From Eledone cirrhosa (taxonomy: Eukaryota), in NCBI GenBank assembly GCA_964016885.1, contig OZ024760.1:13144001-13208000 (forward strand): a stretch of DNA of 64,000 nt. Reading direction: 5' to 3'. Both the position numbers and the translations under genes were made by a program. The notes under the pieces were generated by a model. It saw only the letters and a program-made list of their open reading frames with translations, did no database searches and was not told where the DNA came from. This document shows, one piece after another, positions 12,617 to 26,841 of this stretch (the stretch's first letter is position 1; each line of letters starts with the position of its first letter).

Positions 12617-12957
12617 TGGTTGGATGGTTTGATGGTTTGATGTCTGGCTGGTTTGACTGGCTGGCTGGATGGTTGGCTGGTTTGATGGCTGGCTGGTTTG
12701 ACTGGCTGGCTGGATGGTTGGCTGGTTTGATGTCTGGCTGGTTTGACTGGCTGGCTGGATGGTTTGATGGCTGGTTGGTTGGCTGGTTTGACTGGCTGGC
12801 TGGATGGTTTGATGGCTGGCTGGCTGGTTTGACTGGCTGGCTGGTTGGTTGGTTTGATGGTCGGCTGGTTTGATGGCTGGCTGGTTGGCTGGTTTGATGG
12901 CTGGCTGGTTGGTTGGCTGGTTTGACTGGCTGGCTGGTTGGCTGGTTGGTTGGCTGG
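12617..12957. repeat. Compound (GGCT/GGTT/GAT) microsatellite
   Basis: Direct tandem pattern. Confidence 0.9.
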
Positions 12958-13091
12958 GTAGATGAACACCGTGGATAGTTGGATGTTGGGAAGGTTGTAT
13001 ACTATTAGTGTTAATTGGATGTGAAATGAGAGACGCCATCTTGTTTCTTTCTTTTTCCTTCTTTTTCTTTCTTTTGCCTCGTTTCACTTAC

Positions 13092-13444
13092 AAGGACACA
13101 GCTCCAGCTTGATTTTTGCTCTTTATGCTTGTTTGTTTTATAATGTTGTTGTTGTTGGTGATGGTGGTGGTGTCGAAGGTAGTGGTGTTGTCGTTGTTGT
13201 TGTTGTGGTTGTTATTTTAATTTTTATTTTTTAAATGTTTTAAAGTCATTTTTGTTATCTCTCGTTGTTGTTGTTGTTATTGTGGTGGTGGTGGTAGTTT
13301 TTGTTATTGCTGCTATTATCGTTATTATTGTTGTTGCTGTTGTTGCTATTGTCCTTATTGTTGTAGTTTTTGTTATTGCTGCTATTGTTGTTGCTGTGTT
13401 GTTGTTATAAAAGAAGTCATTGTCATTAGAAATATTATTATTAC

Positions 13445-13480
<36 letters not shown>

Positions 13481-13610
13481 CAATATTAAGTATTATTTGT
13501 ATTATTTTCACAGTCGATACCATTGTTGTGATGTCATCTTTATTATTATTGCCATAATTGTTGTTGTTGTTGTTGTTTATTGCTGTGATGGTTTTGAAAT
13601 AACCAAACAT
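13092..13610 (-). CDS. Weak candidate low-complexity exon
   Basis: Asn/Thr/Gln/His-rich frames ending ...KEQKSSWSCVL at CTT|GTAAGTG (13092/13091); frame broken near 13220. Confidence 0.2.
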
Positions 13611-13722
13611 TGACGTTGAGTGGTGGTGGTGATGGTAGTGTTAGTGGTAGTGGTTGTAGTAGTGGTGGTAGTAGTAATAGTAGTAGTAATGGTAGTAGTA
13701 GTAGTAGAAGTAGTAGTAGTAA

Positions 13723-13759
<37 letters not shown>

Positions 13760-13774
13760 GGTAGATTATAATGG

Positions 13775-13895
13775 TTTTTAATTTAGGCACAAGGCCAGCA
13801 ATATTTGGTGTGGAGAAAGTTGATTATATCAACCTCAGTATTTCACTGGTACTTTATTATATCGACCTTGGAGGGATGAAAGGCAACGTTGATCT
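13775..13895 (-). mobile_element. tRNA-derived SINE 3' part, abundant family
   Basis: tttaggcacaaggccagcaa...atcgacc...ggatgaaaggcaa. Confidence 0.75.
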
Positions 13896-13902
13896 CCACA
13901 AA

Positions 13903-14370
13903 TCTGTTTTACCTACCTCCCCCTTCCACTGGAAGTCTGTTTTATCCCCACCCCCTCCTCCTGGAGGTCTGTTTTACTTACCCCCCCCTCCTCCTGGAGG
14001 TCTGTTTTACCTACCCCCCCTCCCCCGGAGGTCTGTTATACCCCCCCCCCCCTGGTGGTCTGTTATACCTCCCCCTCCTGGAGGTCTGTTATACTTACCC
14101 CCCTCCTCTGGTGGTCTGTTTTACCTAAACCCCTCTTCCTGGAGGTCTGTTTTACCTACCTCCCCCTCCTCCTGGTGGTCTGTTTTACTTACCTCCCCCT
14201 CCTCCTGGAGGTCTGTTTTACCTACCCCCTCCCCCCGGAGGTCTGTTATACCCCCCCCCCCCACCGGGTGGTCTGTTATACCTCCCCCTCCTCCTGGAGG
14301 TCTGTTATACTCCCCCCTCTTCCTGGAGGTCTATTTTACCTACCTCCCCCTCCGCCTGGAGGTCTGTTTT
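13903..14370 (+). repeat. Variable 30-33-bp minisatellite (cctcctggaggtctgttttacctacctccc)
   Basis: About 15 imperfect tandem units. Confidence 0.9.
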
Positions 14371-14663
14371 CTAAAAGACAGGTGATATGTTAGAAAGACT
14401 CATTAGGAAGTCAGAGAGAAATTCTTGGTGGAATTCCTTCTGGTTCTGAGATTTGTCCTCGACGGGATTTGAACTCAAAACTCAGACCATAAAGAGCTGG
14501 AATATACACACCTACACACACCTACACACACGTACACACACGTACACACACGTACACACACGTACACACACGTACACACACGTACACACTTGTATACACA
14601 CATACACATACGTATACACAGAGAGCAAGGCATGACAGATATAAAAATATCTGCAAAGACATT

Positions 14664-14698
<35 letters not shown>

Positions 14699-14757
14699 GG
14701 CAATGTAAATATAAATGTGTATATATATATATATATTATATATAAAAATGCATACAG

Positions 14758-14793
<36 letters not shown>

Positions 14794-14805
14794 ATATATA
14801 AATAT

Positions 14806-14845
<40 letters not shown>

Positions 14846-14978
14846 GTATATATTTATATATTTATATATATATATATATATATGCATACATATATATATA
14901 TCATCATCATCATCATCATCAACGTTTAACGTCCGTGTTCCACGCTTGCATATATATATATATATATGTGTGTGTATA

Positions 14979-15016
<38 letters not shown>

Positions 15017-15051
15017 CATACATACATATATTTATATATATATATATACAT

Positions 15052-15098
<47 letters not shown>

Positions 15099-15099
15099 C

Positions 15100-15130
<31 letters not shown>

Positions 15131-15321
15131 TGTACACATTGCTATATAGCCATTCACAATAGGACTACTTATATAGATATGTCCAGACACTTATATGTAG
15201 ATGACCAATCTACTACAGCTATATCTCTAGACAATGTTTTGTTGGTCAGCATAATAGAAATTGTGTAGAACTGACCTTGTCATTCTATATATAGCATCTA
15301 CATATAAATATACACATGTAA

Positions 15322-15352
<31 letters not shown>

Positions 15353-15390
15353 AATACACATGTATATGTATATAGACACACATACACACA

Positions 15391-15452
<62 letters not shown>

Positions 15453-15478
15453 TGTATATATATATATATATACACATA

Positions 15479-15518
<40 letters not shown>

Positions 15519-15526
15519 TATATATG

Positions 15527-15557
<31 letters not shown>

Positions 15558-15586
15558 TATATATATACATATATATATATTAGTAG

Positions 15587-15618
<32 letters not shown>

Positions 15619-15904
15619 TAGTAGATATATATACATATATACACACACACAAACAGACTGGTAGACAGGTAGGTTTATTCACAATAACTTACTTCAGTGG
15701 TTTCACGATTTTTAACGATATTCAGAGGAGACTATTTGCTGCGAGTGCTTCACGTCAGACCAGAGTTGGAGAATCCTCTTGGTTCAAGTTGCTCTCTTTG
15801 GGAAATATAATCTGATAGATTTTGTTTATTTTTTAATAGACCAAATATATATATGTATATATGTTATTTATATATATATATATGTATATATGTTATTTAT
15901 ATAT

Positions 15905-16230
15905 CATCATCATCATCACCGTTTTACGTCCGTTCTTCCACGCTAGCATGGGTTAGACGGGTTGTCCTGTTGTGGGTAGTGTCTGGTCGGCTGACCATGC
16001 CTTGCTCATACAGGAACTGATCTGGCTTGATTTCTACAGCTGGATGCCCTTCCTAACACCAACCTCATTTACAGTGAGTGCTGGGTGCTTTTTCGTGGCG
16101 CCTACACGTCCACTTTACAGTGTGGGCTGGGTGCTTTTTTGCCGTGGCACCTCCACGACCACCTTGCAGTGGGAGGGTGTGGGGATATTGTCTATATGCT
16201 TCAGCTTGTACCCATGGGAGGTCAGGTACT
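15905..16230 (-). mobile_element. RTE-tailed SINE or RTE 3' fragment
   Basis: (cat)n tail then tttctacagctggatgcccttcctaacacc shared with the 3928 and 25051 SINEs. Confidence 0.8.
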
Positions 16231-16287
16231 CTGTATTACCAATATATATGTATATATGTTATTATATATGTTATATTATATATTATA

Positions 16288-16534
16288 TATATGGGTATTT
16301 CTCTGGGGAACTGGAATCATATGATTCCAGTTCCTCAGAGAAATAACAACCCAACCAGGAGCTGGACATATCGGAGTATTGACGGAGTAAAACACTTCAA
16401 CAAGGTGTGTACCTGTCTCTACCACACCAATTCGGACTGCCTGAAGAGGTCACAGCCAATGATGGCTGTCACCGAAATATATATAGCAGTACATCTTTAA
16501 TAAACGAAGCCAAATTTTAAATATTTGACTTAAT

Positions 16535-16540
<6 letters not shown>
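16288..16540 (+). mobile_element. PLE remnant, family E, with short fold-back 16288-16345
   Basis: Homologous to 25415-25660; contains hammerhead; (TA)n flanks. Confidence 0.75.
16436..16490 (+). ncRNA. Type-I hammerhead ribozyme, family E
   Basis: ACTGC-CTGAAGA-ggtc-ACAGCCA-atga-TGGCTGT-cacc-GAAA-TATATA-TA-GCAGT. Confidence 0.88.
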
Positions 16541-16596
<56 letters not shown>

Positions 16597-16821
16597 TCTT
16601 ATATATATAGATGAGATCTTATATATATAGATGAGATCTTAAATATATCTCATATAAAATAATACAGCCAATTATCCACACAATACAATATAGTTAGCAC
16701 TCCAAACGTTTAATTGGGAATATACTCCGGTGTTTCCTAATGTTTGTTGAGTGAGTTGGAAATTGGTCGGAGTATCGCTATTAGCTTTCTCCGTTTATGT
16801 ATTTATGTATATATATATATA

Positions 16822-17010
16822 TTGTTATACTTGGGGAGGGTCATATTTGTGTAATAATATTGCCAGAATTAATAACAGAACAGAATTAATAACAGAGTGT
16901 TCTGTTATTAATTCTGGCAATATTATTACACAAATATGACCCTCCCCAAGTATAACAATATTTGTTTCGACACACGATTTCATATCAAAAACCTCGCAAA
17001 ACTAATTCAT
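16822..17010 (+). mobile_element. Fold-back module, family F
   Basis: Arms about 16822-16880/16897-16959; related pieces at 32130-32223, 37020-37068, 41395-41451, 43645-43735, all next to (TA)n. Confidence 0.75.
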
Positions 17011-17349
17011 CGCTGACCTGTAATGCACTGGTTAATTGCTGGCCTTGTGCCTAAAGTAGAAACAGTTATATATATATATATATATATAAATACATAAACG
17101 GAGAAAGCTATTAGCGATACTCCGACCAATTATATATATACAGTGGTGGACTGCGTCTAAACATATTGGTTGCCAGGAGATGAAGGGGGCCTACCTAAAT
17201 ATAGAATGATATCATTTAATTTTTATAATGAATAGATAACATTTTCAAAAGATACATAAGTGGAAACAAAACAGTGCAATCAAATGTTTGCGCAAAAATA
17301 TCTTACCTTCTCCAATTAAATATATTTTGCGTAATCCAGAGACTTTCAA

Positions 17350-17530
17350 TAATTGCTTCTACTTTTTGTCACAAGGCCAGCAATTATCCCAGTACATTGT
17401 TGGTACTTTATTTTATCGACCCCGTAAGGATGAAAGGCAAAGTGAACCTCGACGGGATTTGAACTCAGATCGTAAAGGGACGTAACCATGCTGGAAAGCA
17501 TGACGTCTGACCCTCTACCGATACTGCCAA
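17350..17530 (-). mobile_element. tRNA-derived SINE, abundant family
   Basis: Close match to 5452-5613 and 44652-44837. Confidence 0.88.
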
Positions 17531-17601
17531 TGACCAGAAGTCAACCCTAAATATTACTAATATCTCTAGGAAACCCATGAACCACATCTTTTTAACTTTG
17601 A

Positions 17602-17920
17602 TTTTGAAAGTAGGTTTATAATTATCAATTTTCAATATACTTTTGTAGCTGTCTCGGTGGCCTAACTGGAAGAGTCACAGACCGTGGTGGTCCTGGTCTG
17701 AAGTTCAATCCTGGCTGGGAGTAGAGTTCCTGGTAAACCTTTTCAGTTTTTTCTATGGGTTGTAAAATAAAAACTGAAAAAGTTTACATGTAACTCTTGA
17801 CCAGGATTGAAACCAACGCCAGGATCTACACCATCTCTAGTACCTACCGCTGGGCCGCTATGCCACAGAGAAAACTACAAAATCTTATGAAAATTCATAC
17901 TTATAAACCTACTTTCAAAA
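17602..17920. repeat. Imperfect palindrome made of two convergent tRNA-like heads
   Basis: tttgaaagtaggtttataa/ttataaacctactttcaaa ends; A-box- and B-box-like sequences on each strand. Confidence 0.6.
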
Positions 17921-17922
17921 TT

Positions 17923-18143
17923 TTCATGTCTTTCTTGATCTTATTGCTCCTACTTAAGGTCGACTTCTAAATCATTTGGGTGTTTCCATAAATCACATCC
18001 TCCTTTTGTTTCTCATCTATCTAGACTATATTTTAACCTGTAATCCAGGTTTCATTTCTGTTCCACCTCATTTCTGTATATATATATATATATATTTCTG
18101 TATATATATATATTTTCCTGGACTTTTCCGACGGAATTACTTC

Positions 18144-18224
<81 letters not shown>

Positions 18225-18383
18225 GAGGTTGAGAAATGAGGTGCAACAGAAATGAAACCTGGATTACAGGTTAAAATATAGTCTAGATAGATGAGAAACA
18301 AAATGAGGATGTGGTTTATGGAACACCCAAATGATTTAGAAGTCGACTTTAAGTAGGAGCAATAACATTAAGAAAGACATGAA
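17923..18383. repeat. About 150-bp inverted repeat around a microsatellite spacer
   Basis: Arms 17923-18075/18232-18383 with several mismatches. Confidence 0.9.
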
Positions 18384-18504
18384 CGAAGCCTCATCGTTTT
18401 GTATTATATATATATGTGTGCACAACCTCCACCACTAACTGATTTGACAGATATCTTTAACCTATTGATACAAAATATTATTTGGTCAGTAGTTCGTGTG
18501 TCAG

Positions 18505-18536
<32 letters not shown>

Positions 18537-18539
<3 letters not shown>

Positions 18540-18709
18540 TTAATATAGATGAGATTCTACAGGACTAGAACTGTTTCATTCTTTAGATTTCTAAAGAATG
18601 AAACAGTTCTAGTCCTGTAGAATCTCATCTATATTAAAACTTTTATACTCTGCAATGTATTGAGTACCTTACTTACTGTGGTTACCTCCGATTCAACCCG
18701 GAATAACGT
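18537..18709 (+). mobile_element. PLE fold-back module, family B
   Basis: Arms 18537-18586/18590-18641; tail motif 18647-18665; (TA)n flanks. Confidence 0.88.
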
Positions 18710-18720
18710 ATATATATATA

Positions 18721-18820
18721 AGGATTAAAATACTGGAGCGTCTTGGAGTTAAACACCCTCTTCGTATTATAGAAATGACAGTAAAAGGTATAGCTCAATG
18801 TAATTAAACAGAGCCGAAGA
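18721..18820 (-). mobile_element. Orphan PLE 3' tail
   Basis: Minus strand GCTC-tgt-ttaatt-aca-TT-GAGC (18793-18814) between (TA)n. Confidence 0.55.
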
Positions 18821-19355
18821 ATATATATATATATATATATATATATGTTTGTGTGTCTGTGTCTATATATGTATGTTTCCATGCAATGCATAAATGAATA
18901 CACTAAGCTTTAGATTTAGTATAATGTACAACCACTGATTCCAGCTAGTTGCACTATCGTATATTTTGGTTTCTAGTAATTCCCTGGGGGATTGGTTGAC
19001 CAAATGCTTTGCTTAATTGTTTTATTTATTTTTTAAAAAATGTTATTCTTTCTCTTAGAAGTGAGGTATTTTTTGAAAACAAAACATTGGCCCTCACAAT
19101 ACTACATGGGCTCTGCAATGGTACCGTGGGCTCTTGCAATGGCAAGTGGGCCTCCTGGGGCCCACTTGCCATTGGGTAACCTGGCCAGTCCACCACTATA
19201 TATATATATATATGAGTGTGCGTGTGTGTATCTACATATCTGTATGTCTGTGTATGTGTGTAGCCTGAAGCATATTCAGCAAAAAGAATCTTCTCAAGAG
19301 TCGGGTACTTATCAAAATGGTGGATTTTATTGTTGTATGTATGTAAGTGTTTGTG

Positions 19356-19386
<31 letters not shown>

Positions 19387-19418
19387 TAGTGTGTGTGTGT
19401 ATGTATATATCTATATGT

Positions 19419-19449
<31 letters not shown>

Positions 19450-19974
19450 TCTATGTATATGTATGTATGTTTATATATATATATATGTATATGTATGTAT
19501 ATATATAAATGTATGTATGTATTTCTATATATGTATGTATATATGTATATGTATCTATGTATATGTATGTATGTTTATATATATATGTATGTATGTATTT
19601 CTATATGTATGTATATATGTATATGTATCTATGTATATGTATATGTATATGTATGTTTATATATATATATATGTATGTATTTCTATATATGTATGTATAT
19701 ATGTATATGTATGTATGTTTATATATATATGTATATGTATGTATATATATAAATGTATGTATGTATTTCTATATATGTATATATATAAATGTATGTATGT
19801 AATCAGAAGAAGGAGGTTTGTGATAATTGTAGAATGTGGTTGGAGGTTATGTTTAGTTCTGTGATGGAGACAGACGACATTTAACTACACAATGTATTAC
19901 GTTTTAAAGTATTTTTGTTGGTTTGGTGGTGGTGGTGGTGATGGTGATGTTGTTGTTGTTGTTGTTGGTGGTGG

Positions 19975-20270
19975 TTCAGAAATAACAAACCAAACGACAC
20001 AGTAAAATGAAGAAATATATTATTAGTTTTACGCTTGATATAGTAGGAAAAGATTCTTAACGTTTCGGACGCTAGTCTTTCATTACAAAGTAGAATGAGA
20101 AATTAAAAAAGAAATAGAGGAGAGTGAGCTGGGGCAGAAAAACATTTCTTAGTGGATAAACAGGTCTATAAATATCATTATCACTTGGAAAACTGTTGAT
20201 TCTGGAGTTGGTGAATCAGAAAATCAGTTGGTCTTGTATTAAAACGCGGCGATCGAAGGCGTTTAAATAA
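19975..20270 (-). mobile_element. Old PLE 3' remnant with decayed hammerhead
   Basis: Diverged homolog of 32705-32932 (cttaacgtttcggac.ctagtc.ttcat). Confidence 0.6.
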
Positions 20271-20569
20271 TTTTGTATATAGTGTTTGTGTGTATGTGTG
20301 TGTGTGTATGCGCATTATTTGTCCGTACGAAGCTTAGTGGGCATTTGTGTGTATATATATAAATTTAAGAGCGTGTGCTCAAATATATATAATTAAATAA
20401 GTTTATATACATATATATATGCCTGTGTACATATGTAAATATATCTATACATACACAAATTATATATATATATATTGAACTTTATCTACTAGCAATGATT
20501 GGGTGTGTGTATATATATATATAATTATCATCATTGAACTTTATCTACTAGCAATGATTGTGTGTGTGC

Positions 20570-22677
<2,108 letters not shown>

Positions 22678-22734
22678 GTACATATATATGTACATATATA
22701 TGTACATATATGTACATATATATGTACATATATA

Positions 22735-22804
<70 letters not shown>

Positions 22805-23184
22805 AATAATATACTTTGTGTGTGTGTGTTTTTTTCGTTTATTAAATCCACTCTCACTGCTAACCACTCCATTCCAAACAGAAGCAGTGTATGTAACACT
22901 AGCAACATGTGCGCATGTGTACAACGGAAGTGGAAGTTTTACCGTTTCCGTTACACAGAGCGTCTTGCAGTATTTTCTCTAATCATCTCAGATCATACAA
23001 GTAATATCAATTTCCGTCCTAGTTGACATTACATTTATACAATCTAACATGTTTGATATAACTTATGACACGGTGCCATTAGATATCACACAAATTACCG
23101 TAGTTGTCGCTGTATAAGACGCAACAATCTTTCTTTTCCTTTTTTTTTATATCAACATCTATGAATAATAATAATAATAATAAT

Positions 23185-23650
23185 AATAGTTTCTACTTTT
23201 GGCACAAGGCCAGCAATTAACCAGTGTATTACTGGTATAATAATAACAACAACAATGACAATAATAATAATAGTTTCTACTTTTGGCACAAGGCCAGCAA
23301 TTATCCAGTGTATTACTGGTATAATAATAACAACAACGACAATAATAATAATAGTTTCTACTTTTGGCACAAGGCCAGCAATTATCCAGTGTATTACTGG
23401 TATAATAATAACAACAACAACGACAATAATAATAATAGTTTCTACTTTTGGCACAAGGCCAGCAATTATCCAGTGTATTACTGGTATAATAATAACAACA
23501 ACAACAACAATAATAATAATAATTGTATCTACTTTGGGAACAAGGCCAGCAACTTGAAGGGGGGGGTACAGTCCATTGAATCGACCCCAGTGCATTACTG
23601 GTACTTTATTTTATCGATTCTGTAAGGATGAAAGTCAAAGCTAACCTCGG
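23185..23650 (-). repeat. SINE whose 3' end plus (AAT/AAC)n tail is tandemly amplified, 81-87-bp unit, 5 copies
   Basis: gtttctac unit starts at 23189, 23273, 23354, 23438, 23525. Confidence 0.9.
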
Positions 23651-23709
23651 CAGGACAGTCTGTAACTGGCTGTTGAAACAACTAGAGCTCAGCTGTTGGG
23701 CCCCGACTC

Positions 23710-23743
<34 letters not shown>

Positions 23744-23934
23744 CAAGCCCTTCTACAGGACTAGAACTGTTTCATTCAAAAGGAATCATCTGGAAAGATT
23801 TTTTAAATTAAATTTTATTAAAAGACGATTTTAATTAATAATGAAAACCACCAAACAAGACTTATATTATAGAAAAGAAAATCGCTCTACAAGGCTGAAT
23901 ACAATAAATGTAATCTGAGTTTTTCGAATATTAA

Positions 23935-24045
23935 TAATTGTTTCTACTTTTGGCACAAGGCCAGCAATTACCCAGTGCATTACTGGTACTTTATTTTATC
24001 AACCCCGTAGGGATGAAAGGCAAAGTTAACCTCGGCGGGATTCGA
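23935..24045 (-). mobile_element. tRNA-derived SINE, abundant family (partial)
   Basis: Shared core sequence. Confidence 0.8.
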
Positions 24046-24182
24046 ATATTAATAATAAATATTTCGAATATTAATAATAACATTCGATTCGTTAGCAATT
24101 ATGCAAACAAGCCTCAATTTTAGAGCCATGTCAGTAGAATGAACACTTCATTGTTGCTCTTGTGTTGGCATGCGAACAGAAC

Positions 24183-24224
24183 TGCAGACACTAATGTTTC
24201 TGGGCATCACCCTTCATCAGTACA
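24183..24224 (-). ncRNA. Type-I hammerhead ribozyme inside an old fold-back (arms about 24137-24163/24343-24368)
   Basis: Minus strand TGTA-CTGATGA-A-GGGT-gat-GCCC-A-GAAAC-attagt-GTC-TGCA. Confidence 0.7.
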
Positions 24225-24392
24225 TCTCACTGTTCACCTGCCAAACTGTCAGAGCTAGTGAAAATATATGCTATTTTCAAAAATACACAGTGACTGATCT
24301 GCCTGATTTGCATATTAGCAGACTGGCTGATCAGTCAGATCTGCAAGAGCAAGAATGAAGTGTTCATTCAACCAGTCTACTAATATGCAAAT

Positions 24393-24583
24393 GGCGGTGG
24401 ATTGGCAGTATCGGTAGAGCGTCAGACACCATGGGTTGCAGCATAGAGTTATGGCCCTTTGCGTTCTGAGTTCAAATCCCGCCGAGGTTAACTTTGCCTT
24501 TCATCCTTACGGGGTCGATAAAATAAAGTACCAGTAATGCACTGAGTATTTGCTGGCCTTGTGCCTTAAGTAGAAACAATTAT
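24393..24583 (+). mobile_element. Full-length tRNA-derived SINE, abundant family
   Basis: ggcggtggattggcagtatcggtagagcg (A box), gagttcaaatccc (B box), core and tagaaacaattat end. Confidence 0.92.
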
Positions 24584-24837
24584 ATATATATATAAATATA
24601 TAGATATATACATACATATTCTAAAATTATTGATTATCTCCCCTACACGAAAGTAAGCGACAATAGTTTTCTCCCATTAAAGAAATGTGTGTGTGCAGCT
24701 GAAATATATTGAAAGCCAGGAAAATAGTTGAGATGACGTTTTGACTATATTTAGGAAGTGTCATGTCATATATTTTTTACTGTGTAATCTATGTTTGTCT
24801 GATCATTACGCCATCTTCTTCAGAAATAATATATATA

Positions 24838-25031
24838 TAGGAACCAGTAAGACCCCGACGGCTGAGCTCAAGCTGGTTCGACGGCTAATTCTGGACTAGA
24901 ATTAGCCGTCGAAACGGCTTGAGCTCAGCCGTCGGGGTCTTACTGGTTCCTATTACCCACTCTACTACTCTAAGTATTGAGTACTTTGGTGCGTTATGGT
25001 CCACCTGGTTCCTTACCACATTTCCTTCGTT
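24838..25031 (+). mobile_element. PLE fold-back module, family C
   Basis: Arms about 24838-24892/24898-24953; tail motif ACTC-tac-tactctaa-gta-TT-GAGT 24959-24982; (TA)n flanks. Confidence 0.88.
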
Positions 25032-25050
25032 ATATATATATATATATATA

Positions 25051-25387
25051 TCATCATCATCCTCATTTTACGTCCGCTTATCCCTGCTTGCAAGGGTGGG
25101 ACGGGAACTGATTCTGGCTTGATTTCTACAGCTGGATGCCCTTCCTAACACCAACCTCATTTACAGTGAGTGCTGTGTGCTTTTTTCCGTGGCGCCTCCA
25201 CGACCACTTTGCAGTGGAATGATAGGGACCCCAGTCCCTATCATCTCATTTCTACAGCTGAGTAAACTGGCGCAATGTGAAATAAAGTGTCTTGCTCAAG
25301 GAAACAACACATCACCCGGTCTGAGAATTGAACTCACAACTTTTCGATTGCAAGGCCAATGCTCTAACCACTAAGCCATGTGCCTCC
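25051..25387 (-). mobile_element. tRNA-derived SINE with RTE-derived tail
   Basis: Close copy of 3928-4262. Confidence 0.9.
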
Positions 25388-25561
25388 ATATATATATATA
25401 TAGAGAGAGAGATTTTGAGTTTATGTTGGTTGTATACTCCAGTTATATGACTCCAGTTCCCCAGTGAATTAACAACCCAACAAGGAACTGGGCATATCAG
25501 AGTATTGACAATATCATACACCTAAATAACATATGTACTTGTCTATACCATACTAATTCAA

Positions 25562-25616
25562 ACTGCCTGAAGAGGTCACAGCCAAAGATGGCTGTCACTG
25601 AAATATATATAGCAGT
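25562..25616 (+). ncRNA. Type-I hammerhead ribozyme, family E (element about 25415-25660)
   Basis: ACTGC-CTGAAGA-...ACAGCCA-aaga-TGGCTGT...-GAAA-TATATA-TA-GCAGT. Confidence 0.85.
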
Positions 25617-25660
25617 AATAAACGAAGCTAAATTTTAATCATTTGACTTTTATTTAACTT

Positions 25661-25695
<35 letters not shown>

Positions 25696-25699
<4 letters not shown>

Positions 25700-25910
25700 G
25701 AAAGTGAACAACACAAAATATAACTACTCCATTCTGGATCCCAGACAATATTAATATACGTCTGGATCGGTCAACAGACAGAGGTGTTATAATATTGTCT
25801 GGGATCCAGAAACCTTTGGTAATGGAGTAGTTATATTTTGTGTTGTTCACTTTCTAATTAAATAGCTCTGTTCTATACATAGAGCACTCTTTTTTCCTTT
25901 GCTTTTGCCA
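25696..25910 (+). mobile_element. PLE-type fold-back module
   Basis: Arms about 25696-25753/25791-25860, then GCTC-tgt-tctat-aca-TA-GAGC (25865-25885); related orphan tail at 60955. Confidence 0.75.
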
Positions 25911-26069
25911 GTACTGTACTGGTAGCTCGAAAAGACAAAGTTGACCACAGCAGGATTTGATCTCAGAGAGGTGGAACACCACAAAGTATTCTATCCGACA
26001 CTCTAACCACTCTGCCATTTCTCCGCTTTATATTATCAAAGTAGTACAGAATATTATTTATTGGGTCAG

Positions 26070-26292
26070 AGGGTGGTGTATTGGAAGTATCGATAGAGCG
26101 TCAGACACCATGCTTTGTAGCATAGAGTTATGGCCCTTTACGTTCTAAGTTCAAATCCCGCCGAGGTTAGTTTTGCCTTTCATCCTTACAGGGCCGATAA
26201 AATAAAGTACCAGTAATGCACTGAGGTCGATTTAATCGATTTTCACCCTCCCCTTCAAATTGCTGGCCTTGTGCCTAAAGTAGAAATCATTA
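26070..26292 (+). mobile_element. tRNA-derived SINE, abundant family
   Basis: A/B boxes and shared core. Confidence 0.88.
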
Positions 26293-26841
26293 TTTATTGG
26301 GTAATGTAGTCTTAGATAGACTTGGTCTGGTCTGTTTAAAACACGGCATCGTCACGTTTTGAATAGCTTTGATCGTAGAACTTGTGACAGAGACAGCTTG
26401 GAGCTAACTAAGCAACAACAACAACAACAACAACATCATCATTAGAAGCATCGTCATCATCATCATCATCATCATCATTATCATTATTACCATCATTATC
26501 ATCATCAATACCACCATCATCATCCTCTATATCCTCATCACCACCACCAACATCATCACTATCATCACCACCATACCGCCATCATTATCACCATCAACAA
26601 CAACAACTACAGCAACAACACTGCCATTAGCTTGTACATTGTAATCTAAACGAGAATCTGTTCTCGCAGCACAACTCTCCGTTCTCACGTGAATCAACGA
26701 TAATCTAAAAATATCTTTTATATCGATTTTTCTCCTTTGACTTTTGCCGTTTTCATAATTAAAACATTTGACAAATTGATATTTTATAGTCACACATATT
26801 TAGGGATATCTCTGCTGCGGGCTTCTTTCATGTAAAGCATT

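Larger units (their letters stand above)
17141..19197. mobile_element. Putative non-autonomous DNA transposon with nested insertions
   Basis: 12-bp terminal inverted repeat agtggtggactg/cagtccaccact, both ends abutting (TA)n; internal palindrome 19137-19174. Confidence 0.5.

Noticed and set aside
12524-13087. Pro/Gln-rich ORF starting at AAGATGGCG
   Set aside because: Mostly tetranucleotide repeat with no recognisable domain; the YY1/Kozak-like site alone is insufficient
22900-22935. NRF1- and ETS-like promoter motifs
   Set aside because: Short motifs expected by chance; no linked gene start
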